Shown here: one piece after another, positions 1 to 7,516 of the stretch
Numbering within the stretch: the stretch's first letter is position 1
How the letters are laid out: every line of letters starts with the position of its first letter
Virus record (IMG/VR): IMGVR_UViG_3300020045_003023
Location: 1 to 36,430 of that record
Source of the DNA: a virus
Lineage: Duplodnaviria > Caudoviricetes
Direction: 5' to 3' (one strand)
DNA: 36,430 nt
Position numbers and translations under genes: made by a program
The notes under the pieces: generated by a model
Told to the model about the DNA's origin: nothing
The model's database searches: none
The model's input: the letters and a program-made list of their open reading frames with translations, nothing else

Positions 1-121
1 GATGCCGGCCGGCGCGGCATATCGTGTGACGATGCCATGGGGGCGCTGAAGATGACGCGCCCAGGGGCAAGCATACTGCTCGGCCATCTGGTGCGCAAAG
101 GACTTGCGCGCCGCGAGCGCA
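1..121. repeat. Direct terminal repeat, copy 1 (identical to 36310-36430); circular assembly overlap
   Basis: GATGCCGGCC...CGCGAGCGCA is repeated exactly at both ends, and a reading frame continues across the join. Confidence 0.95.
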
Positions 122-165
122 GCGGACTAGTCGTGCGCTGGTACTACGTGGAGCTTGGACAATGA
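1..165 (+). CDS. 3' part of junction-spanning small winged-helix (ArsR/MarR-like) DNA-binding protein
   Basis: Joined to 36211-36309 it reads MMKLKKTLAALKNIPQECFPISWSMAVAMGVLIDAGRRGISCDDAMGALKMTRPGASILLGHLVRKGLARRERSGLVVRWYYVELGQ*. The HTH plus wing pattern is 'MTRPGASILLGHLVRKGLARRERSG'. Confidence 0.7.
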   Translation, partial: DAGRRGISCDDAMGALKMTRPGASILLGHLVRKGLARRERSGLVVRWYYVELGQ

Positions 166-265
166 TCACATCTTGACCCCTTGGAAGACCGCCCGCCGAA
201 AGATGCCGACTTCGGCGCATTTTGAAAATGCGGAGGGAGATTGTCCGCACGGAAGGAGATTTATC

Positions 266-670
266 ATGATTATCGTGAACCTGACCCAGCACCCGGCCAG
301 CGCCGAGCAATTGGCCGTCGGTGTGGTAGACCTGCCATCGGAGCAACGCGCCCTGCTGGTCCACTCCCTGACAGTGGACACGCTGCCTACCCTGTCGGAG
401 ATCGTGGAGCGCTGCGAGACTGTCGCAGCACTGGCCGTGAACAACGGCCTTGGTGCGGATGAGGGCAATGACCCGCACCCGACGGCGGCCATGATCGGGG
501 GCGCGCCATGGATGATGCGCGCTCTGGAAGACGCCCTGCTGGATCAGGGCATCACTCCGGTTTATGCGTTCTCCGTCCGGGAGAGCGCTGAGCAAACCCA
601 GCCGGACGGAAGTGTCCGGAAAATGGCCATGTTCCGGCATGTTGGCTTCGTGCAATGCGGCGCTGAGTAA
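266..670 (+). CDS. Csx20-like (CARF-related) protein; candidate cyclic-oligoadenylate ring nuclease / anti-CRISPR
   Basis: GGAAGGAG RBS before ATG 266. Motifs NLTQH..EQ..DLP, AMIGG and GITPVYAFSVRES..DGSVRKMAMFRHVGF parallel the Csx20 pattern (FSH..EQ, VLIQG, GLIPVYATTKRVS..KSVFKHVRF) as I recall it. Confidence 0.6.
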   Translation: MIIVNLTQHPASAEQLAVGVVDLPSEQRALLVHSLTVDTLPTLSEIVERCETVAALAVNNGLGADEGNDPHPTAAMIGGAPWMMRALEDALLDQGITPVYAFSVRESAEQTQPDGSVRKMAMFRHVGFVQCGAE

Positions 671-674
671 AAAT

Positions 675-977
675 ATGAAAAGATTCTACGTAAAAGTTTC
701 GGGAGATCCGTCTTGCTTGGATCTCCCGGAATTTCTTGCCTTCTCGTCCCAGAAGGGGCGCAAGGCTTATCTGCTGGCAACATGCCGGCCCGCATCCAGC
801 GTCTATAGACGCATACTGTCGGGCACAGATGCTCGGATGCAGTACCAACGGATTTACGGGCACAAGCCCGTAATTCATACCCTGTCGAGGGAGGATGCCA
901 TATCCCTCTTCGATGTGAGCTGGTGGGAGCCGGGATTGATCGGCCTGCTGGTAGGCTCGACTGACGGATTAGAGTGA
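675..977 (+). CDS. Hypothetical early protein
   Basis: ATG 4 nt after the previous stop; tightly packed co-directional cluster. Confidence 0.6.
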   Translation: MKRFYVKVSGDPSCLDLPEFLAFSSQKGRKAYLLATCRPASSVYRRILSGTDARMQYQRIYGHKPVIHTLSREDAISLFDVSWWEPGLIGLLVGSTDGLE

Positions 978-990
978 ATTTGGAGTGAAT

Positions 991-1203
991 ATGAAATTCG
1001 GAAATCACACATTGCGCAAAGTTGAACTAGATGAACTTGCAAAGCCTTGTTGGAGTTTTGGTCACATGAACTTTGACCCCGTTTCGTTTGCACGTAGCGG
1101 GATGCACGCGCAAGAGCAAGAGCAGGGCGAATGCTCGTCGTGCAAGAATTGCTTCAAAGAAGTGACTATTTACCATAACTACTATCCTATGGGTGCGGCA
1201 TGA
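991..1203 (+). CDS. Hypothetical small Cys/His-rich (possible Zn-binding) protein
   Basis: GGAG RBS; C-x4-H and CSSCKNC motifs; ATGA overlap with the next gene. Confidence 0.6.
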   Translation: MKFGNHTLRKVELDELAKPCWSFGHMNFDPVSFARSGMHAQEQEQGECSSCKNCFKEVTIYHNYYPMGAA

Positions 1204-1436
1204 ACCCGGCCCAACTGCGGCTGGCCCGTGAAAATTTTGGGTTGTCGCAGTCCCAGTTCGCCCGGCTCTTGCGCGTACCCAAGAGCTGGGTCGTCAAGCG
1301 AGAGCAAGGCAGGTACCGGGCGTCGGCAAGTGACGTGGCCCTGTATCAAGCCGTGCAGCACATGCGGACCCATGGAGTGCTGATGGAGTGGGTATCAGAG
1401 AGCTGGATAATAGACCGCAAGGAGAAGGAGCATTGA
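1200..1436 (+). CDS. XRE/HTH_3 family transcriptional regulator
   Basis: MNPAQLRLARENFGLSQSQFARLLRVPKSWVVKREQGRY is a classic XRE HTH. Confidence 0.85.
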   Translation: MNPAQLRLARENFGLSQSQFARLLRVPKSWVVKREQGRYRASASDVALYQAVQHMRTHGVLMEWVSESWIIDRKEKEH

Positions 1437-2041
1437 TCACCTCATTCCACGGCCTGCGGGCCTATCGCGGCAGCTCCACACCGCTTGGCATCCTGAGAGC
1501 GGCCAAAACCGCGCTGTCGGGCGTGGAAATTTGTACCGCAGACCGGCCTATCGGTCCGATTGGCTTAGCGGTCTTCGGCCATGCCAGCGCAGTTTTCGAG
1601 CGCGACGTGTGGAGTGAAGTAAACCATGGCCAGCGCGTGGGGTGTGGCCGGTACTATCGCGAGGATGGCGGTCAAGACTGGTATCCGCTGAGTGCGGTGG
1701 AGCTGGCACAAGAGTGGGAGTTGGGCGCGATTTTCGATGCGCCATCACAGCAAGATTATGAATCGTTTTGCGCCGCTCACAGATACCACGACAAGCACTA
1801 CTGCGAGCCATGGGTGGAGGCTGAGGCCTGCCGCGCAATCTGGGTCAAGGATTGGGCGCCAGCGCGCGACAAAAAAATCGCGCGGCTGGTAGCGAAGATA
1901 CTTGGAGTCCCGTTTGTCGAGATAACCCAGTCATGCCGTATTGAGGATTTTCTCGATGAACACAGCCTGCCTGTACGCATCTGTCGCCAGCATGGGAAGA
2001 CGCGCCGCAGTGGCAGAAGGACAGCGCAATGCTCGGCGTGA
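1433..2041 (+). CDS. Hypothetical protein (weak ADP-ribosyltransferase-like motif pattern)
   Basis: AGGAG RBS with TTG at 1433 overlapping the previous TGA; FHG...EICT...DVWS...YCEPWV. The C-terminal ~20 aa look like out-of-frame read-through. Confidence 0.55.
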   Translation: MITSFHGLRAYRGSSTPLGILRAAKTALSGVEICTADRPIGPIGLAVFGHASAVFERDVWSEVNHGQRVGCGRYYREDGGQDWYPLSAVELAQEWELGAIFDAPSQQDYESFCAAHRYHDKHYCEPWVEAEACRAIWVKDWAPARDKKIARLVAKILGVPFVEITQSCRIEDFLDEHSLPVRICRQHGKTRRSGRRTAQCSA

Positions 2042-2259
2042 AGCTGCACACCGAAAACCCGAATGCGGGGGCGCAGGCGAGCCACGGAAGCTGGATGGCG
2101 CAGAAGCTGGCCGAAGGCTGGGAGCACGGCCCGACGAAAGACCCGGAAGCGAAGCGCCACCCGTGCATTGTTCCGTTCGACGCGCTGCCGGTAGAGCAGC
2201 AAGCGAAGGACCATCTGTTTCACGCTGTGGTCCACGCGCTGGCTAAGCTGGGACGATAA
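1984..2259 (+). CDS. RyR-domain (PF02026-like) phage protein, apparently 5'-truncated; in-frame ATG at 2029
   Basis: SPAWEDAPQWQKDSAMLGVKLH...SHGSWMAQKLAEGWEHGPTKDPEAKRHPCIVPFDALPVEQQAKD is the RyR signature. In-frame stops lie at 1942 and 1957 upstream. Confidence 0.8.
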   Translation, partial: SPAWEDAPQWQKDSAMLGVKLHTENPNAGAQASHGSWMAQKLAEGWEHGPTKDPEAKRHPCIVPFDALPVEQQAKDHLFHAVVHALAKLGR

Positions 2260-2293
2260 TAGACATCCAAAACGTGACATCAAGAGGCTGGCG

Positions 2294-2542
2294 ATGAATT
2301 ACACAATGACCGAAGCCGGCAAGGTGCTGACCGAAACGCTGGAAGGCATAACGATGCCGGCAGACTACAGCTTTGCCACGGTGAATGACTACGTGCATGG
2401 CGTTGGCGTGCATTTTGAGGATCTGGTCGCGCTATGTCTTAGCATGGCCGACCATATCGACAATCTACGGCGCGGCGAGTTTATCTGCACGCGGTGCGGG
2501 CTGCGCAAGGACTCGGAGTGGAACGCGCAACATAATTTTTAA
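2294..2542 (+). CDS. Hypothetical protein with C-terminal CxxC motif
   Basis: GAGG RBS; 'GEFICTRCGLRKD' motif. Confidence 0.7.
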   Translation: MNYTMTEAGKVLTETLEGITMPADYSFATVNDYVHGVGVHFEDLVALCLSMADHIDNLRRGEFICTRCGLRKDSEWNAQHNF

Positions 2543-2600
2543 TAATTTAGATAGACGGCGCGCCGCTTTTGGCGCGTCCGTGTTGACCGACGGGTTGGCA
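2541..2600 (-). other. attC-like recombination hairpin in inverted orientation
   Basis: AAT-AATTTAGA-TAGACGG-CGCGCC-GCTTTT-GGCGCG-T-CCGTGTT-G-ACCGACGG-GTTGGCA. It has the layout of an attC bottom strand, including unpaired T and G and a terminal GTT core. Confidence 0.6.
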
Positions 2601-3292
2601 GGCAAAACGGTAACTACGGAGTGATGATGGCTGAGAAAGTGACAATCGGGAATTGCGAACTGTGGCACGGCGACTGCCGCGAAGTGCTGCCGCTGCTTCC
2701 GCCCGTTGATCTGGTGCTGACCGACCCGCCATACGGCATTGGGATTGCGGCAAACCCGGTGCGGCAAGCGCACGAAAAGATGGAGTGGGACGCCGAAGCG
2801 CCGGCCGCCTGGCTGTTTGGCCTGATGCAAGAGAAGGCGAAGCACCTGATTGTGTGGGGCGGCAATTACTTCCCGCTGCCGCCGAGCCAGACGTTCTTGG
2901 TGTGGGACAAGATGCAGCCGGAGAACTTCAGCTTGGCGATGTGCGAACAGGCTTGGTGCTCTTTCAAGAAGCCGGCAAAGATGCACCGCCTGAGCGTGAC
3001 GAGCTACGAGAAAGAGCACCCGACACAGAAGCCGGTGCGGCTGATGGAGTGGTGCATAAGCCACGCCCCGGAAGCCGAAACGGTTTGCGACCCATTCATG
3101 GGTACGGGAACCACTGGGGTGGCTTGCGTGAACTTGGGCAAGGCGTTCGTTGGGATTGAGCGCGAACGCAAATACTTTGACATAGCCTGCCGCCGAATAG
3201 AGCAAGCCTACGCACAGCCCCGGCTGTTCGAGGATGCGAAAGTCGGCGCTGGCGAGGCGGCGGTGCAGGGCGACATGCTTTTGCCTGCCAAC
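2594..3292. mobile_element. Integron-like gene cassette carrying the DNA methyltransferase
   Basis: Perfect 14-bp inverted ends GTTGGCAGGCAAAA (2594-2607) and TTTTGCCTGCCAAC (3279-3292), starting with GTT and ending with AAC. Confidence 0.55.
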
Positions 3293-3319
3293 AATCTAGA
3301 TAGACGGAGAAAAAAATGA
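2627..3319 (+). CDS. DNA methyltransferase, N6-adenine/N4-cytosine beta class
   Basis: Motif IV TDPPY precedes HPTQKP and motif I DPFMGTGTTG; GGAG RBS. Confidence 0.92.
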   Translation: MAEKVTIGNCELWHGDCREVLPLLPPVDLVLTDPPYGIGIAANPVRQAHEKMEWDAEAPAAWLFGLMQEKAKHLIVWGGNYFPLPPSQTFLVWDKMQPENFSLAMCEQAWCSFKKPAKMHRLSVTSYEKEHPTQKPVRLMEWCISHAPEAETVCDPFMGTGTTGVACVNLGKAFVGIERERKYFDIACRRIEQAYAQPRLFEDAKVGAGEAAVQGDMLLPANNLDRRRKK

Positions 3320-3519
3320 CAATTTTATCAATCGTGCTTTTTGTTTTTATGATTTTTTCACTCGGCGCTTGCGTTGGCTTTGCTATTCGCGCGTCGTTAG
3401 AGTGGAAAAATTTGGCGTGGGAAAGCGACAGCATTGCAGACAAGTTTTATTCGCGCGCGCTTGTCTGCTGTGGGCTGTTTATTTTTTGGGGGTCAATGTT
3501 TGTGTGGTCTGTGTTCTGA
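3316..3519 (+). CDS. Small membrane protein with 2 transmembrane segments
   Basis: Two hydrophobic stretches; ATGA overlap; abuts the convergent lysis cluster. Confidence 0.6.
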   Translation: MTILSIVLFVFMIFSLGACVGFAIRASLEWKNLAWESDSIADKFYSRALVCCGLFIFWGSMFVWSVF

Positions 3520-3900
3520 TCATCCCGGCGGCCAGCCAAGCATTTTTTGCAGGATGGCCGCAGCACCAGCTCCAATCGCGCCCCACTTTGCGACACACAA
3601 AACCGCACGCTGGGCGGCAGACCCGACGCGCGCGGCACCTTGGAAATCCTTGTGCAGCTGCACGATGTCGCGGGTCTCACCGATCAGATCGGCCACCGCC
3701 TTGGCGTTGCTTGCCGTCGCAGCGACCAGCGATTCCAGCTGGTCCCCGATGGCTTGCCATCTGCCATCTTGCTCTTTGCGCCAGGCGCAGTGCTCATCTC
3801 GCCAGCTCTTTTCGTCCTCGACGTGCTGCATCATCATAGCCTTCAACCCGGCAAGCTCCGCGTCACTAAATCTCACGTCCTGCTCCATCTTTTCGCCCAC
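3520..3900 (-). CDS. Lysis-region coiled-coil protein with C-terminal membrane anchor
   Basis: Last gene of the late operon; C-terminal 'AKWGAIGAGAAAIL'. The start may be the ATG near 3888. Confidence 0.6.
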   Translation of the reverse strand: MGEKMEQDVRFSDAELAGLKAMMMQHVEDEKSWRDEHCAWRKEQDGRWQAIGDQLESLVAATASNAKAVADLIGETRDIVQLHKDFQGAARVGSAAQRAVLCVAKWGAIGAGAAAILQKMLGWPPG

Positions 3901-4312
3901 CGCCTGCGCCCTTGGAAACTTGGTTGATTATACCGGCACCGAAGTAAAATGTGCCAACAGCAAACACAAACCAAAACATATCTTGGATCAGCCCGAAAAC
4001 AAACAGGGCGGCCTCTGCCGGTTGTTTTGTCTCTGCAAGCGCGCCCCAGACCCCCAGCCCTGCGGCCAGATTGATGAGCGCCAGCCACTGGCCGATGACA
4101 GCAAACGCAAGCACGCGCCGGGTGATGCTCTTGATGCTGGATTCATCGCGCGACAATTCCAAAAAACGAAAATATAAATCGCGCTGACGCTCTGCTGTTT
4201 TCGATTTTTCCTCGTCCGTGTAGATGAGTGCATCGCCGCTTTTTATCGCAGCGTCCGCCAGTTTTTCCGCGGTTTCGCTACCGCCAGCAATCCATGAAAT
4301 AAGTTTTTTCAT
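3866..4312 (-). CDS. Holin-like protein (3TM holin type)
   Basis: Follows the endolysin; 'IYTDEEKS...SITRRVLA...FYFG' plus transmembrane segments. Confidence 0.65.
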   Translation of the reverse strand: MKKLISWIAGGSETAEKLADAAIKSGDALIYTDEEKSKTAERQRDLYFRFLELSRDESSIKSITRRVLAFAVIGQWLALINLAAGLGVWGALAETKQPAEAALFVFGLIQDMFWFVFAVGTFYFGAGIINQVSKGAGGGRKDGAGREI

Positions 4313-4316
4313 CGCG

Positions 4317-4739
4317 TCAATCCTCGATCAGCTGGAAGTGCCCAGCGTCCCAGCCGTACGGCACGCCGCCAACACTTTTTGTCGACCGCCACAGACCGCC
4401 CCACTCCAGCTGGTGCCCAAGTATCGAGGCCGCTTGCAGCATCGCGCACGCGACCATTGCGAGCGCCGCAGGCTCCCATGTCGGCTTGCCGCCGATGATC
4501 GCAAACACGTCCAGCGCCCGCCCGGATTGGTGAGCGCTCAGCGTCTTGTACCCGTCGCATCTTGATGCGCGCGCGTGGAAGCGCGCGTTCTGTTCTTCTG
4601 GCGTGCGCCGCCCGCCGTGCTGGGGTATGCCGAAATCGACATGCGACAACTTGAGCGCTAAATCCGCAATCTCGCGCATGCGCGGGTCGATACCGGCCAT
4701 GCGGTTTTTTGATGTCTCGCCGAAAAAAAAATCGCTCAT
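4317..4739 (-). CDS. Endolysin, M15 family L-Ala-D-Glu peptidase
   Basis: GGRRTPEEQ, SAHQSGRALD, WGGLW and DAGHFQL Zn-peptidase motifs. Confidence 0.9.
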   Translation of the reverse strand: MSDFFFGETSKNRMAGIDPRMREIADLALKLSHVDFGIPQHGGRRTPEEQNARFHARASRCDGYKTLSAHQSGRALDVFAIIGGKPTWEPAALAMVACAMLQAASILGHQLEWGGLWRSTKSVGGVPYGWDAGHFQLIED

Positions 4740-5074
4740 GTCAGTGTACCCTGTGCTGTTGCTGATGCGCTTAGCAGTGCGACCAAGTCGCCCATCGTTG
4801 CAGATATGCCATTGCCCGCGATGTAGCGCGTGCCGGCCATGCCGTAGATCGTCACTGCGGCAGCTTTGTTATCCCCAAGCTTAACAACGCTAGCATCATT
4901 AAATCTTGCTTCGTTTGTTCCAGCATCGACATGCAACCGAAATCTAAGATCAGTCTGTAAAGTTAGGAATTCCTTTTCTCGATTATGCTCTCTGGTATTA
5001 GTGAATTCCTGAAGTAATTTATGAAGACTGCCTGAAAGCAATCCTCCTATTGTGCCTATTAGAGCTGTCCACAT
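4736..5074 (-). CDS. Hypothetical, probably chimeric ORF
   Basis: AT-rich N-terminal half with a hydrophobic leader, GC-rich C-terminal half. Confidence 0.5.
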   Translation of the reverse strand: MWTALIGTIGGLLSGSLHKLLQEFTNTREHNREKEFLTLQTDLRFRLHVDAGTNEARFNDASVVKLGDNKAAAVTIYGMAGTRYIAGNGISATMGDLVALLSASATAQGTLT

Positions 5075-5089
5075 AATATTCCCTTAATC

Positions 5090-7516
5090 TTAATACACGA
5101 CCAAGATTGAGCCAGTAGCTGTTTTATATACAAAACCTGCAGTTCTGCCTCCTGCTAATGCTGCAGCGTTATCAGCATATGTAGGAAGATTGTATGCATA
5201 CAGATTTTGGATATGACATTGTGCCCATGTACGTGCAACAGAGCCAAGATGGGCGGTATTATCATCAATAGGACTTAAAATATCTCCACTGATAAGAACT
5301 CTAGCAATACCTGCTGCCATTAAATATAAAGACTTCTCAACATCCCCAATAACGGTATGATCAACAATCGAACTATCCGGCATTCTGCTTGCCATATATG
5401 GACGAGAGTTAGAATATTTCGAATCATAGATTTGAATGGCTCCATAAGCCGTTCTGAAGCTCAATCCAGTCATTACCGCAGAATAAACAACCATTGCCCC
5501 TAGGCTGGTTGGGTGATTAACACCATTCCCACCATAAGGCTGTTGAGTTGCAGCAGTAGCAGCAGGTGTTCCCCAAATTTCTTGGTTAGTAAGTACCGGC
5601 TGATATTTGCGATAACGACCTACAGCGACCGACACTGTAGAAACAGGCCCTGCTGCATAAGCATCTTCATACCACCCAACAGAAGGTGCAAACTCTCCTC
5701 CATGAATTGACATCTCATCCAGCACGTACAACTCATCGTTATAGCTCGAATCCGTCTTGCGAATTGTTAGCCTCTGACCACGACGCTCCACAATGAAGGT
5801 TGTGTTTGTTGTCGGTATAGCAATACCTGTATCAACTCCATCATCGCCACCAGCAATAGTAACCGTGTCGGTTAAATAGACTCGTGCCCAGATGTTTGAA
5901 GTAGCGACGTTTGAGTTGTTTAGGCTCGTTAAAACTAGGCGGCCATATCCAAAATATCCACCATCTATCTTGACAGCCAGTGTCTTACTAAGAGTCCCAT
6001 CGAACATGTCTTCCAATTCACCAGCTGTACCTTCTAGTGTGAAATCAACACGGAAATCCGAGCACTCATTATCTGTCGTTGCAATATAGGAACCAGTAGC
6101 CGAAACATCTAGGCTGGTCTCAATCTGTTCAAGATAGGATTCACAAATATCACGTCCATCTCGAATAATACCGAATGCCCGGTTTATGTCAATCAGGCCA
6201 ATATGGTTTGCTCTACAATAATTTCTAGTATATCCGGCATTCCAGTCCCGGCTTACCTGCCCAATATCTTTTGTACCATACGTCACATAATTGGCATGCG
6301 GGCTGGTGGTTGGAACCATTGGTGTGCAGACAATAATATCTGGCACTTTAGTAAATAAGCGAATCTTACCAATGACTTGCTGAAAAGAGAAATAACTAAA
6401 TGCAGCAGCATCATTCATTCCGAATGATAGAACTACAAGATCAGGGGCTTCTGTAGAAATATAGTCCAACCATGGATCAGTCGTTACTGTATACCAAGAA
6501 GGGAAAGTAATAGGTACATCATTAGCCGTTGCATAGGTTTCCCCAGCAATAGAGCGGTTTACAAATGTGATTGTCTTCTGTGGGTTCTCTGCTTGTAGTT
6601 TTCTTGCAATAATATCTGCAAGCATTCCCTGCCTACCAAGAGCATTCGCAGCCCCAAGAGTTAACAAAGAGTCGCCCATGAAAACCACTTTTGGCGTGTC
6701 AGTGGTCTTGAACTGAATCAAGTGGCGGTCAGGATCAAAGTCCCCACAGAAGGATGGTTGAGAGATCGGTTCATCAGGGGTATGTACCAGAACACGATAC
6801 ATTCCATCACCAGTGAATTTTCCAGTTCCGTAGAAAATGACTTCACCGCGAGAGGTTATTGCATCTGGGCAGTAACAGGTTCCGTTAATTCCATGCAATT
6901 CTCGGATACTGTTACTAAAGCAATAAGCAATTGCTGAGTTGACGTGAACACTGTCATTTGTAATGCCATCGAGACTTGGTGCCCATTGTGCAATGTCAAT
7001 TTGTGTCCCGAACTCAGCAACAAATTCCACAGCAGGGTTCCCTGCACTCTTAATTCTACTACCTCCATCCTCCGCATTAGCGGTGACATTCACCACCTCA
7101 TAAGGAGCAGGTCTGCCGGTTGCGTAAAACCACTGCCCCGCTGTGACGCTCGCGTCGTTTTTCCACTCTGCAATGGTTTTCCATCCCCGAAAATTTGCGT
7201 AATTCGCGTCTATTGATGGCGCGATATTGTCGGCAACCTGAATAGCACTCGCCGTGTTGTTTGCGTCGGCGTCTGCTGCTGTTGGGAACAAATACAGGTC
7301 ATAATCTGCGTTGAAGTGCGGGATGAACTTGGCCCCGCCTGCTGTTTTAATGTACCCGTCGTTTCCAATCTCGGCTTTTGCCAGCGTCGTGCCGGCCGAA
7401 GCGTCCGTGGCCATTGCAAGAGGCGTTGTCGTGCCTTGCAGGTAGCCCTTTATCCAGTAGTTGATTTGCTCGTACTGCGGCGCTACAAAGGCGATAGGTG
7501 CATAGCTTGCCATCAT
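5090..7516 (-). CDS. Tailspike / receptor-binding protein with SGNH (GDSL) esterase domain
   Basis: N-terminal particle-binding-like domain. SGNH blocks: VFMGDS, NRSIAG, SFGMND, GVNHPT. Positioned after the ejection proteins. Confidence 0.8.
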   Translation of the reverse strand: MMASYAPIAFVAPQYEQINYWIKGYLQGTTTPLAMATDASAGTTLAKAEIGNDGYIKTAGGAKFIPHFNADYDLYLFPTAADADANNTASAIQVADNIAPSIDANYANFRGWKTIAEWKNDASVTAGQWFYATGRPAPYEVVNVTANAEDGGSRIKSAGNPAVEFVAEFGTQIDIAQWAPSLDGITNDSVHVNSAIAYCFSNSIRELHGINGTCYCPDAITSRGEVIFYGTGKFTGDGMYRVLVHTPDEPISQPSFCGDFDPDRHLIQFKTTDTPKVVFMGDSLLTLGAANALGRQGMLADIIARKLQAENPQKTITFVNRSIAGETYATANDVPITFPSWYTVTTDPWLDYISTEAPDLVVLSFGMNDAAAFSYFSFQQVIGKIRLFTKVPDIIVCTPMVPTTSPHANYVTYGTKDIGQVSRDWNAGYTRNYCRANHIGLIDINRAFGIIRDGRDICESYLEQIETSLDVSATGSYIATTDNECSDFRVDFTLEGTAGELEDMFDGTLSKTLAVKIDGGYFGYGRLVLTSLNNSNVATSNIWARVYLTDTVTIAGGDDGVDTGIAIPTTNTTFIVERRGQRLTIRKTDSSYNDELYVLDEMSIHGGEFAPSVGWYEDAYAAGPVSTVSVAVGRYRKYQPVLTNQEIWGTPAATAATQQPYGGNGVNHPTSLGAMVVYSAVMTGLSFRTAYGAIQIYDSKYSNSRPYMASRMPDSSIVDHTVIGDVEKSLYLMAAGIARVLISGDILSPIDDNTAHLGSVARTWAQCHIQNLYAYNLPTYADNAAALAGGRTAGFVYKTATGSILVVY

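Noticed and set aside
1-121. Biological terminal repeat of the virion DNA
   Set aside because: It falls mid-gene and has a k-mer-like length, so an assembler overlap is more likely.
1960-2041. Programmed -1 frameshift fusing ORF 1433 to the RyR domain
   Set aside because: The frames would permit it, but no slippery heptamer is visible in the allowed interval.
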